The notes below the pieces were generated by a model. The model had not been told where the DNA came from. It ran no database searches and was given only the letters and a program-made list of their open reading frames with translations. The translations under genes and the position numbers were made by a program. From Deltaproteobacteria bacterium (GTDB lineage: Bacteria > Desulfobacterota_D > UBA1144 > Nemesobacterales > UBA2774), in contig JAJCZT010000087.1 in the NCBI GenBank assembly GCA_029262255.1, forward strand, positions 1-35,465: a DNA stretch of 35,465 nt, written 5' to 3'. Below are positions 20,403-29,328 of the stretch, in pieces (the first letter of the stretch is position 1; each line of letters begins with the position of its first letter).

Positions 20403-21206
20403 ATGAGTGCAAATACCGACTTAAAAGAAATTGTGGAAGAACTAAAGACATACCTGGAGTTTCAAAAATCTATGGGTGTAAAAACTGTCTTCGCCCAAAA
20501 GACTCAAACCATTAATGATGCGCCTGTAATATCTGAGAAGACCAAACCAAGGACTGAAACCATGACCAAGAAAAACAATACTGCTGAAGAAGAAATAATC
20601 ACAATTGACGGACCCACGGCCCTGTTTGATGGCTCCAAAACTATGACGCTTGAGGAAATTAGAGAGGAGATTGGGGACTGCACCAGGTGCAAGCTGCACG
20701 AAGGCAGGACAAACCTTGTATTCGGAGATGGCAACCCAAAAGCGAAACTTGTATTTGTGGGGGAAGGCCCCGGGCGTGATGAGGATATGCAGGGAAAACC
20801 TTTTGTGGGACGATCCGGCAAGCTCTTAACTAAAATCATCGAGGCCATGGGACTTAAGAGAGAAGACGTCTATATTTGTAATGTTGTGAAGTGCCGCCCC
20901 CCTGACAACAGAACCCCTGAGCCCGATGAAATGTCCACTTGTGAGCAGTTCCTATTTAAACAGATAAGGTTTATTAAGCCTGAAGTTATAGTTTGTCTGG
21001 GAGCTACAGCTGCAAAGTCAATCCTCAAAACAAAGGCAAGCCTGGGCAGTTTGAGAGGTAAATTTCACATGTATAGCGGAACAAAACTTATGGTAACCTA
21101 CCATCCTGCGGCGCTGCTTAGGAATCCTAATTTTAAGAAGCCCGCCTGGGAAGATATGCAGGTTGTAATGAAAGAGTTGGGACTTCCGCTTCCTAAAACT
21201 AAATAA
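20403..21206 (+). CDS. Family-4 uracil-DNA glycosylase ([4Fe-4S]) with N-terminal extension
   Basis: CTRC, VFVGEGPG, PFVG, NVVKCRPP, TYHPAALLR. Confidence 0.93.
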   Translation: MSANTDLKEIVEELKTYLEFQKSMGVKTVFAQKTQTINDAPVISEKTKPRTETMTKKNNTAEEEIITIDGPTALFDGSKTMTLEEIREEIGDCTRCKLHEGRTNLVFGDGNPKAKLVFVGEGPGRDEDMQGKPFVGRSGKLLTKIIEAMGLKREDVYICNVVKCRPPDNRTPEPDEMSTCEQFLFKQIRFIKPEVIVCLGATAAKSILKTKASLGSLRGKFHMYSGTKLMVTYHPAALLRNPNFKKPAWEDMQVVMKELGLPLPKTK

Positions 21207-21209
21207 CCA

Positions 21210-21286
21210 GGGCGATTAGCTCAGTGGATTAGAGCGCTGGCCTCCGAAGCCAGAGGTCGGGGGTTCGAATCCCCCATCGCCCGCCA
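21210..21286 (+). tRNA. tRNA-Arg (anticodon CCG), CCA encoded
   Basis: GGGCGAT/ATCGCCC acceptor stem; D arm GCTC/GAGC with A20; anticodon arm CTGGC-CTCCGAA-GCCAG; T arm GGGGG-TTCGAAT-CCCCC; 77 nt. Confidence 0.97.
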
Positions 21287-21363
21287 CTTATTTAATAAAT
21301 TCAATATCAACATATAACCTGTTATAATAACAACCACCAAAAACAAATGCCTGGAGGCATATA

Positions 21364-22419
21364 ATGCTCAGAAAAACTGTTTGCGTTTTGTTGTTTATGG
21401 TGTTGTTCAATCTACCAAGTTTTGCCACCCTTCCGAAAGTCGCCATTGTCACAACAGGCGGAACAATCGTGATGAAGACCGATCCCAAAACAGGTGGAGC
21501 AGTGCCTGCGATGTCCGGAGACGAGCTTGAAAAATCAGTGCCGGGGATCGGGAAACTCGCCGACATTGTTGTCATCGAAGTCACGAATATTGACAGCTCG
21601 CAAATGACTCCGGCAATCTGGTCGACTCTTAGCCGCAAGGTGGATGAAATACTGGCCAAACCGGATATTGTCGGAGCGGTGGTTACTCACGGTACCGACA
21701 CGATGCCAGAAGGTGCGTATTTTCTCAATTTAACCCTGAAAAGTAACAAACCCGTTGTGTTCACAGGCGCCATGAATGATGCGTCCAGCCACAACCCTGA
21801 CGGTCCAGAGAACATATACAACGCCGTCGTGCAGGTACTGTCGCCAAATGCCAAGAACTGGGGCGTGACTGTAACGCTCGACAGCTACATAAACGGAGCG
21901 CGCGCGGTACGCAAAACCCAAACCACCAACGTACAAACTTTCGAATCAGGTGAGCAGGGTTACCTAGGCTACGTTTATGCCGGCAAGGTTACCCGTTTTA
22001 ATGACCGGCCCCGCCGCATCCGCCTGCCGCTGCCTGCCGACACCACAAAATCCTTACCTAAGGTACCTTTTATATATACGTACGCAGGCGCAGATGGAAG
22101 CTTTGTCCGGTATGCCGTTGATTCAGGCGCCCAGGGCCTGGTTGTTGAGGGTGTGGGGGCAGGCAACGTCAACGCCGATGTATATAAGGCCATTCAGTAT
22201 GCACTTGGTAAAAATATACCGGTCGTAATTTCCAGTCGGGTGTACTACGGCGCAGTAGAGCCGGTTTATGGTGACATAGGCGGCGGCAAGACCCTAGAGA
22301 ATGCGGGCTGCATCCTTGCAGGCGACCTTATGGGCACGAAAGCACGTCTGCTACTCATGCTGGGTATCGCACGGTACGGCAACGATACGGCAGAGCTGAG
22401 AAAACTGTTCAGCAATTAG
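21364..22419 (+). CDS. Secreted type II-like L-asparaginase/glutaminase
   Basis: Signal peptide ending PSFA; TTGGTI, THGTDTM, VFTGAM, VRKTQTT; upstream TGtTATAAT and GGAGG SD. Confidence 0.92.
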   Translation: MLRKTVCVLLFMVLFNLPSFATLPKVAIVTTGGTIVMKTDPKTGGAVPAMSGDELEKSVPGIGKLADIVVIEVTNIDSSQMTPAIWSTLSRKVDEILAKPDIVGAVVTHGTDTMPEGAYFLNLTLKSNKPVVFTGAMNDASSHNPDGPENIYNAVVQVLSPNAKNWGVTVTLDSYINGARAVRKTQTTNVQTFESGEQGYLGYVYAGKVTRFNDRPRRIRLPLPADTTKSLPKVPFIYTYAGADGSFVRYAVDSGAQGLVVEGVGAGNVNADVYKAIQYALGKNIPVVISSRVYYGAVEPVYGDIGGGKTLENAGCILAGDLMGTKARLLLMLGIARYGNDTAELRKLFSN

Positions 22420-22564
22420 TTCGCTGCATTGGTATTTTACGAGACTCAGTGCGCAACTGTTTTTATTAATGATCTGAAAACTCAATATTCTCACAATGGG
22501 GGTTTTAATACGAGACTTACTTCTTTCTGAACTATAGTACTTTTTCTATTTCTGACAAAAACAA

Positions 22565-22593
22565 TTGACAGTGCATTTTGCAATAAATACAAT
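22565..22593 (+). promoter_or_regulatory. Near-consensus sigma70 promoter of a leaderless small ORF
   Basis: TTGACA-17 nt-TACAAT, 7 nt before ATG 22601. Confidence 0.75.
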
Positions 22594-22600
22594 AGTGATT

Positions 22601-22684
22601 ATGAAACCAAGCACGACAACAGTAATAATAATAAGTGTTATTGTTTTAATCGGACTTATAGCTTTCATGTGTGCGGGCCTTTAG
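22601..22684 (+). CDS. 27-aa single-pass membrane microprotein MKPSTTTVIIISVIVLIGLIAFMCAGL
   Basis: Manual translation; ~20-residue uninterrupted hydrophobic run; ATG at the predicted +1 of a consensus promoter. Confidence 0.6.
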   Translation: MKPSTTTVIIISVIVLIGLIAFMCAGL

Positions 22685-22781
22685 AAAACGGGCTTAAGCT
22701 ATTGAAGATAGGTAACGGTTTTATCCTGAGACCAGACAAGACCTGGAATCTCTTATTTCGCTTCACTAAAACTTCCAATAT

Positions 22782-22820
22782 AAAAAAGACAGCACAAGTT
22801 GGTATTAAACCCGTGCTGCC
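22782..22820 (-). terminator. Rho-independent terminator of typA
   Basis: Minus strand GGCAGCACGGGTT-TAATACC-AACTTGTGCTGTC-TTTTTT: 13-bp stem with G-U pairs plus U6. Confidence 0.8.
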
Positions 22821-22859
22821 CCGTATCTTAAATTTTTATTAAACAGTTTCCAAACAATA

Positions 22860-24680
22860 TTAATCTTTAGCTCTCTTCTCTAATATAGCCCTTTTCCCGG
22901 CGTCAAGCTCCATCTTGCGCAGTCTCATGCTCTCAGGAGTAATCTCAACAAGCTCATCCTCAGCAATAAACTCAATTGCCTGATCCAAGGAAAGTGGTCT
23001 TGAGGGTCTTAAAACAACCGTTGCTTCAGAAGTGGAGCTTCTCATATTTGTGAGCTTCTTCTCTTTTGTAATATTTACCGTAAGGTCCCCGCTTCGGTTC
23101 CTCTCTCCGATTATCATTCCCGCATATACCGGTGTGGTTACCTCAACAAAAAGCTCGCCCCTGTCAACCATAGCGAGGCTTGCGTATGTCGTTATTTTCC
23201 CTGCACGGTCTGAGACCAGGGCACCTGTTAATCTTTGCGGAATAGGTCCGTACCAGGGCTCATAACCATCAAATAGGGTATTCATTACTCCCGATCCCTT
23301 GGTATCAATCAGGAACTGGCTTCTAAAACCAATTAGCCCTCTGGAGGTAATTACAAATTCCATGTCCACACGCCCGTTCCCGTTGTTGTGAAGATTCACC
23401 ATTCGCCCCTTTCTTTTGGCAACGTTCTCAGTAATAACTCCCACGAATTCCTCAGGTACATCAATAAAAATGCGTTCAACCGGCTCTGTAACCCTGCCGT
23501 TTTCTTCTTTTGTTATAACTGTAGGTTTGGAGACCATAAACTCATAGCCCTCACGTCTCATAGTTTCAATCAGCACCGCCATCTGAAGCTCTCCGCGCCC
23601 CGCAACCTCAAACGCATCGGCCCGATCGGTGTCCTTGATCTGAATAGAAACATTTCTCAGCTTTTCCCTGTCCAGCCTCTCCCTTATCTGGCGGGAGGTT
23701 AAAAATTTGCCTTCTCTTCCGGCAAACGGGCCGCTGTTGACATAGAAGATCATAGAAATTGTAGGCTCATCAACCTTTATACGCTCAAGCGGCACGGGAT
23801 TATCGACATTTGAAACCGTATCCCCAATTTGAACGTTCTCCTCACCTGCAATAGCAATAATATCCCCAGCTTCAACTTTCTCGACCTGTGTTTTCTCAAG
23901 CCCGGAGTACGTATATAAAACAGAAATTTTTATTGTGGACACGGAGTCGCCTTCACCACATAGGGCGTAACTGCGGTTGGACTCAAGCTCCCCACTCATC
24001 ATTCGTCCTATGGCCAGCCTTCCGACATAGTTATCATAATCTAGATTGGTAACGAGAAACTGTGTAACAGAGCCGTCCCCAACTTCAGGTCCTGGAATTG
24101 AGGAGACTATCTGGTCGAAAAGAGGGATTAGATTGGTTGATGAATCATCGATTTTATTGTGAGCCGCACCTATTTTCGCGTTTGTATATATGATAGAAAA
24201 CTCAATCTGCTCCTCGTTTGCGTCAAGCTCGATGAATAGATCGTACACTTCGTCTATTACCTCATCCGGACGGGCATCAGGTCTATCGATCTTGTTAATC
24301 ACCAGTATGATCGGCAGCTTTTTCTCAAGGGCTTTCTGCACAACAAAACGAGTTTGAGGTAAAGGCCCCTCGCTTGCGTCAACTAAAAGCAACGCTCCGT
24401 CCACCATATTCAAGCTTCGCTCAACCTCTCCTCCAAAATCCGCGTGCCCCGGTGTATCGACAATATTAATCTTGATGTCTTTATAGCGAACTGCAGTGTT
24501 TTTAGCCGTTATGGTTATCCCGCGCTCTTTCTCAAGATCCATCGAGTCCATGACCCTTTCTTCAATATGCTGGTGTTCATGGTAGACTCCGCTCTGCTGA
24601 AGCATCGCATCAACGAGGGTGGTCTTACCGTGATCAACATGAGCTATAATCGCTATGTTTCTGATATTATCCTTTCTCAT
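22860..24680 (-). CDS. typA: Translational GTPase TypA/BipA
   Basis: [60 protein letters not shown]. Confidence 0.97.
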   Translation of the reverse strand: MRKDNIRNIAIIAHVDHGKTTLVDAMLQQSGVYHEHQHIEERVMDSMDLEKERGITITAKNTAVRYKDIKINIVDTPGHADFGGEVERSLNMVDGALLLVDASEGPLPQTRFVVQKALEKKLPIILVINKIDRPDARPDEVIDEVYDLFIELDANEEQIEFSIIYTNAKIGAAHNKIDDSSTNLIPLFDQIVSSIPGPEVGDGSVTQFLVTNLDYDNYVGRLAIGRMMSGELESNRSYALCGEGDSVSTIKISVLYTYSGLEKTQVEKVEAGDIIAIAGEENVQIGDTVSNVDNPVPLERIKVDEPTISMIFYVNSGPFAGREGKFLTSRQIRERLDREKLRNVSIQIKDTDRADAFEVAGRGELQMAVLIETMRREGYEFMVSKPTVITKEENGRVTEPVERIFIDVPEEFVGVITENVAKRKGRMVNLHNNGNGRVDMEFVITSRGLIGFRSQFLIDTKGSGVMNTLFDGYEPWYGPIPQRLTGALVSDRAGKITTYASLAMVDRGELFVEVTTPVYAGMIIGERNRSGDLTVNITKEKKLTNMRSSTSEATVVLRPSRPLSLDQAIEFIAEDELVEITPESMRLRKMELDAGKRAILEKRAKD

Positions 24681-24891
24681 ATAAATATATTCCTCTCCTT
24701 AATAAAGGAAATCCTTAAGCTTCGTGGATCTAGTAGGGGATTAACTATAGATTAAGTACAAACGTGCTTACTATTCCAGACGCTAAAATCATATAAAACT
24801 ACCCTAATAATCCAGACTCTTAAGCGAAAATCAAACTATATTATTAATAAGCGCGGATTAATATGTTGTGTGAGGGATTATTAAGTCGGAA

Positions 24892-26607
24892 TTAAGTGTT
24901 AAAGGGACTGCTATTTTTAATTGATTCAATCTTTTCTCTAATTTCCTGCACCCTCTTTTTAGATTCTTGTAGCTTCTGTGCTTCAATTTTGTAGAAATTT
25001 TTAAGAGGTACGAGCGAATCAGTGACCTGAAGGCTTATCCCATCAAAATCGCGTTCAAGCTGTGAGCTAACACTGGAAGTAAGCTCCTCGATAAGCGCAT
25101 CTACTTTCTGATTAAACTCCTTCATAGCATCCCTTCTCTTTTTAGGAAGAATAGCAAACGCAGTGGCCATTACCGCAATGGTCGCCAATATGCCGGTAAT
25201 ATCCACTATGAAAGAAGAAAAAGCCGTCACAACGGCAGTACCGATAGCAAGCGTTCCTACCTGAACTCCCAGCACCGAAGCCACCGCCCCCCTTGCGGAG
25301 TCAACGAGGTTTCCCCCAAGCACAGTTGGGTCGATACTTTTCCTTTTCGCCTCAAGCTCGGATCTAACGGTATCTATAAGCCTCGTCCTGTCATATGTAA
25401 AGCCTGAACTCATACTTGGCGCCTCAGGCTTTATTGAGCTATTATAAAAATCAATCGTGCTGTCAACAAGCGTCCTGGCCGATTTCTCAGTCCAGGTAAC
25501 CATTGAGTCAAGGTCCTTCTCAAGCTCAGTCACTGTCTGGCGGGAGACCTGATACTCAAACTCCTTGGCTATTTTTTGTTTACTGATCAGTTTAAATATA
25601 TTTTGGAACCTAATAAGATCATCTATAAATTGGATCCCTCTTGTTTTAAATTCCAGCAATCTGCTTCTGATTCTTTCAGTGAACTGCGTGGAATTCCCAG
25701 TAATTTCATCCTTCATTCCGTCCAGCTTTCCTTGAAATTCTGTAAGCTTCTCGGTGTCTTGAGATATTTTATCCAGGTTAGTATCAAGTGCTCTCTGTGT
25801 CTCAGAGCAAAGACTCAAGGCAAGCTCAGAAGAGCTTTTTATTTTTAATATGACCCTCTGCTCTTCACCTAGAGTTTTGAATATATATTCCTCAAGCTCC
25901 TCAAAACCGCTCTTTGTATAAAGTCCCGAATCTGAACTCGCTTTAGCCTGTCTTGCCTGCATGGCTGATACCGGAATAACGTGGGGTTTGAACTGAAACT
26001 CCCGCTCGAGCTCACTTGCCGTATGTGTTATCAGCTGGTCCAACTCCTGGTCATCCTTAGCTATATCAATCTTATTTAGAACGAAGACTATATTTCTAAG
26101 CCACTGTTCTTTGATAAATTCTATGAGCTTAGCTTCGCTTCTAGTTACCGCGCGTTCCGCTCCTATCGTAAAAAACACAATATCCGCTTTAGGTATGAAC
26201 TCCTCTGTAAGTTTTTGGTGCTGCTCTATGGTTACATTAGTACCTGGGGTATCGACCAGAAGGATTCCTTTAAGCCTGTCCTCAGGAATAGAAACAAAAC
26301 GGCAGCCGTTCTCTAAAGACTCTACTTTTTGATCACCGTAGCGCATTACCGTTATCTCGTCTGTGGTAGGGGTAATTCCTTCCGGCAGAACGTCCTGTCC
26401 CAAAAGAGTGTTTATAATAGAGGACTTTCCGGTACTGAACTCGCCTATAAACACGATTGAAAACAAATTCTCTAAATTCTCTATAGCCGCTTTTAGCTTA
26501 TTTTTAAGATCTTCGTCGGAGAGGATTCCTATTTCAGCCAAAAGAGAGGTAAGCAGCAGCCTTTCTTCGAGAATTATATTTGAGTATTTTTCGTTTAGTA
26601 TTTGCAT
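24892..26607 (-). CDS. Dynamin-like GTPase of the FZL/mitofusin-like type (start ATG 26607, or TTG 26628)
   Basis: GEFSTGKS, TPTT, DTPG, NKID; helical stalk; hydrophobic hairpin near the C-terminus followed by PKKRR and a coiled coil. Confidence 0.88.
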   Translation of the reverse strand: MQILNEKYSNIILEERLLLTSLLAEIGILSDEDLKNKLKAAIENLENLFSIVFIGEFSTGKSSIINTLLGQDVLPEGITPTTDEITVMRYGDQKVESLENGCRFVSIPEDRLKGILLVDTPGTNVTIEQHQKLTEEFIPKADIVFFTIGAERAVTRSEAKLIEFIKEQWLRNIVFVLNKIDIAKDDQELDQLITHTASELEREFQFKPHVIPVSAMQARQAKASSDSGLYTKSGFEELEEYIFKTLGEEQRVILKIKSSSELALSLCSETQRALDTNLDKISQDTEKLTEFQGKLDGMKDEITGNSTQFTERIRSRLLEFKTRGIQFIDDLIRFQNIFKLISKQKIAKEFEYQVSRQTVTELEKDLDSMVTWTEKSARTLVDSTIDFYNSSIKPEAPSMSSGFTYDRTRLIDTVRSELEAKRKSIDPTVLGGNLVDSARGAVASVLGVQVGTLAIGTAVVTAFSSFIVDITGILATIAVMATAFAILPKKRRDAMKEFNQKVDALIEELTSSVSSQLERDFDGISLQVTDSLVPLKNFYKIEAQKLQESKKRVQEIREKIESIKNSSPFNT

Positions 26608-26756
26608 AAGATACTCGTATTCTATCAATTATAACCAAGATAATATATAAAGAGTATCCGGATAAATAAAAACATAGCCCATATTTTCAGGAATCCAATG
26701 GAGGAAGAATACATCCTTGTAAATGAATTAAGGTACAGTAAACTCAGTAATGCCGG

Positions 26757-29003
26757 ATGAAAAACGGAATGCAAACCAATATAGAAACCTTAGTCCCTAA
26801 GATATCGATATTTAACATTGGATTTATTACTTTCCTGATACTATTTTGCTCATTCGGTATAAATAACGGCAATTGGGCTCACGCCTCGGAATCAAAACAG
26901 ATGAAACATTCAAATAGATTAAAAAATGAACAAAGCCCCTATCTGCTTCAGCATGCCGACAACCCGGTAGATTGGTACCCCTGGGGGGAAGAGGCTTTTG
27001 AAAAAGCCAGGAGAGAAAATAAGCCGATATTGCTATCCATCGGATATTCCACTTGCCATTGGTGTCATGTGATGGAGCATGAATCGTTTGAAGATGAAGA
27101 TGTGGCAAAACTTATGAACGAAACCTTCGTATCAATCAAGGTCGACCGGGAGGAAAGGCCTGACATCGATAACATCTATATGACTGTGTGTCAGATGCTC
27201 TCTAAGGGGGGATGCGGCTGGCCGTTAAATGTTTTTATGACGCCTGACAAAAAACCCTTTTTCGCCGCTACGTATATCCCCAGAGAAAGCCGATATGGAA
27301 GGGCGGGAATGATGGAGCTTGTGCCAAAAATAAAAATGGCCTGGGAAAAAGATAATGAGAACATTCTAAATTCTGCAGACAATATTACCGCTGCTCTTAA
27401 GAAAGCAACTGATGTATCAAAGGGGACAGAAGGTAAAGAGCTTTCTACAAAAACCCTAGATACCGCTTACAGCCAGCTACTTAGAAACTTTGATGAGGAA
27501 AACGGCGGTTTCGGCAGATCTCCGAAGTTTCCCACCCCACATAACCACCTGTTCTTACTCCGCTACTGGAAGCGCACCGGAGACGGGCAGGCACTAGATA
27601 TGGTTCAGAAGACACTTGATGAAATGCGCCTTGGCGGCATGTATGACCATGTTGGATTCGGTTTTCACCGTTATTCCACAGATCCCAACTGGCTGGTGCC
27701 TCATTTTGAAAAGATGCTTTATGACCAGGCAATGCTGGCTATGGCATACACTGAGGCTTACCAGGCTACCGGGAAGAAAGAATATGAAAATACTGCGCGT
27801 GAGATATTTACTTATGTGCTTAGAGATATGACCTCCCCTCAAGGAGGGTTCTATTCGGCAGAAGATGCGGATAGCGAAGGGGAAGAGGGGAAATTTTATG
27901 TCTGGACGGAAGAGGAATTAAAACAAACCTTAGGCGATAAAGAAGCAGAATTAGTAATTACGACGTTTAATACAAGCAAATCAGGCAATTTCGCTGAAGA
28001 AGCTGGTGGACATAAAACGGGTGCGAATATACTGCATCTTAAAAAACCCCTGTCTCAAATTGCTTCTTCCTATGATATAACAGAAGAAGAGTTTAATCAG
28101 AGAATTGAGAAGGCCCGGGTGACATTGTTCAGTGAGCGTGAAAAAAGGATACACCCATATAAAGACGATAAGATTCTTACAGACTGGAATGGACTCATGA
28201 TAGCGGCGCTTGCAAAAGCGGGAAGAGTTTTCAATGAAGCGGTCTATACGGATGCTGCAAAGCGCGGTGCTGATTTCATATTAAAAGATATGCGCGATGA
28301 CCAGGGGAAACTCCTTCACAGATATAGGGAAGGAAAGGCGGGAATTACGGCTAACGTAGATGATTATGCTTTTTTGATCTGGGGACTCCTTGAGTTATAT
28401 GAGAGCACCTTTGACATTGAATATCTTAAATCCGCTATTTCGCTTCAAAATCAAATGGACAAGGGGTTTTGGGACGACAAATACGGGGGCTATTACTTCA
28501 CCTCAAATGACGCTGAGGAATTGATATCCCGGCAAAAAGAGATATATGACGGGGCCATCCCCTCTGGGAACTCTGTCGCCGGGCTTAATCTGCTTAAACT
28601 AGCCAGAATTACAGGCAATGTAGGTTATGAAGAAAAGGCCGCCAAACTTGGTAAGGCTTTTTCTGAAACTATTGAACGCGGCCCGATGGCATACACGCTA
28701 TTTATGACGGGGCTTGATTTTGGAATAGGACCTTCATTTGAGGTAGTTATAGTTGGAGACCCGGGGGCGGAAGACACAAAGGCTATGATTGAAGCCGTTA
28801 GAAAAACCTATCGTCCCAATAAAGTAGTGCTGCTTCGTGGAACAGAGAAGAACTCTGAGATTACGGAAATCGCAGAGTTCACAAAAGGACAGTCGAGCCT
28901 GGATGGAAAAGCTACAGCATACGTATGCCTAAATCATGTATGCAATCTCCCAACAACTGATGTGAATGAGATGGTTGAACTACTCACGCCTGAAAAATCA
29001 TAA
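26757..29003 (+). CDS. YyaL/SPATA20-like protein (DUF255 thioredoxin-like + six-hairpin glycosidase-like) with possible signal peptide
   Basis: NRL...[68 protein letters not shown]. Confidence 0.93.
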   Translation: MKNGMQTNIETLVPKISIFNIGFITFLILFCSFGINNGNWAHASESKQMKHSNRLKNEQSPYLLQHADNPVDWYPWGEEAFEKARRENKPILLSIGYSTCHWCHVMEHESFEDEDVAKLMNETFVSIKVDREERPDIDNIYMTVCQMLSKGGCGWPLNVFMTPDKKPFFAATYIPRESRYGRAGMMELVPKIKMAWEKDNENILNSADNITAALKKATDVSKGTEGKELSTKTLDTAYSQLLRNFDEENGGFGRSPKFPTPHNHLFLLRYWKRTGDGQALDMVQKTLDEMRLGGMYDHVGFGFHRYSTDPNWLVPHFEKMLYDQAMLAMAYTEAYQATGKKEYENTAREIFTYVLRDMTSPQGGFYSAEDADSEGEEGKFYVWTEEELKQTLGDKEAELVITTFNTSKSGNFAEEAGGHKTGANILHLKKPLSQIASSYDITEEEFNQRIEKARVTLFSEREKRIHPYKDDKILTDWNGLMIAALAKAGRVFNEAVYTDAAKRGADFILKDMRDDQGKLLHRYREGKAGITANVDDYAFLIWGLLELYESTFDIEYLKSAISLQNQMDKGFWDDKYGGYYFTSNDAEELISRQKEIYDGAIPSGNSVAGLNLLKLARITGNVGYEEKAAKLGKAFSETIERGPMAYTLFMTGLDFGIGPSFEVVIVGDPGAEDTKAMIEAVRKTYRPNKVVLLRGTEKNSEITEIAEFTKGQSSLDGKATAYVCLNHVCNLPTTDVNEMVELLTPEKS

Positions 29004-29070
29004 GATATTTATATGAAAATCTTTCAGAAAAAGAACATTTCAAATAAAATTCCGCTATAATATATGTGTA

Positions 29071-29098
29071 TTGATTTTCGATTTATTGCTTTTATAAT
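29071..29098 (+). promoter_or_regulatory. sigma70-type promoter of the acidic small ORF (a second TATAAT lies at 29056-29061)
   Basis: TTGATT-16 nt-TATAAT. Confidence 0.6.
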
Positions 29099-29103
29099 AT
29101 CGG

Positions 29104-29135
29104 ATAGAAGGTGCCATAAATAGAAGGTGTCATAA
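29104..29135 (+). repeat. Tandem 16-bp direct repeat ATAGAAGGTG(C/T)CATAA x2
   Basis: 29104-29119 and 29120-29135, one mismatch. Confidence 0.9.
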
Positions 29136-29169
29136 GTAGTTTTAAACTAATTAACGGAGGGCAGGGAGC

Positions 29170-29328
29170 ATGCCTAGAAAAGCTCGAAGAAAAATAAAGG
29201 ATCTCGTAGAAATGCTTGAGGATCCGGACAATTCCGGATACATCGGCGGCGACTACGAAGATATGATGGAGCTTTTGGATGAAGAGCTTGATTCAGAAGA
29301 GTTGGAAGATCAAGAAGAAATAGAATGA
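29170..29328 (+). CDS. 52-aa small protein with basic head and very acidic tail (unknown function)
   Basis: MPRKARRKIKDLVEMLEDPDNSGYIGGDYEDMMELLDEELDSEELEDQEEIE; GGAGG SD at 29156-29160; own promoter; overlaps the mnmG 3' end by 19 nt. Confidence 0.75.
   Translation: MPRKARRKIKDLVEMLEDPDNSGYIGGDYEDMMELLDEELDSEELEDQEEIE

Noticed and set aside
22601-22684. 27-aa ORF as a Thr/Ile/Val attenuator leader peptide
   Set aside because: Composition resembles ilv/thr leaders, but no co-oriented biosynthetic gene follows; the next gene (typA) is convergent
21210-22860. Intact prophage or ICE at tRNA-Arg
   Set aside because: No integrase and no attR-like copy of the tRNA 3' end found by eye
24741-24895. 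Two TTAA-N7-TTAA (CtrA-like) motifs and a TCCAGAC pair upstream of typA
   Set aside because: Short motifs expected by chance in AT-rich DNA; CtrA is alphaproteobacterial; one motif overlaps the dynamin stop codon
29170-29328. Acidic microprotein as Pup/UBact
   Set aside because: C-terminus is EEIE, not GG[QE]/G[QE], and no ligase or proteasome genes are nearby
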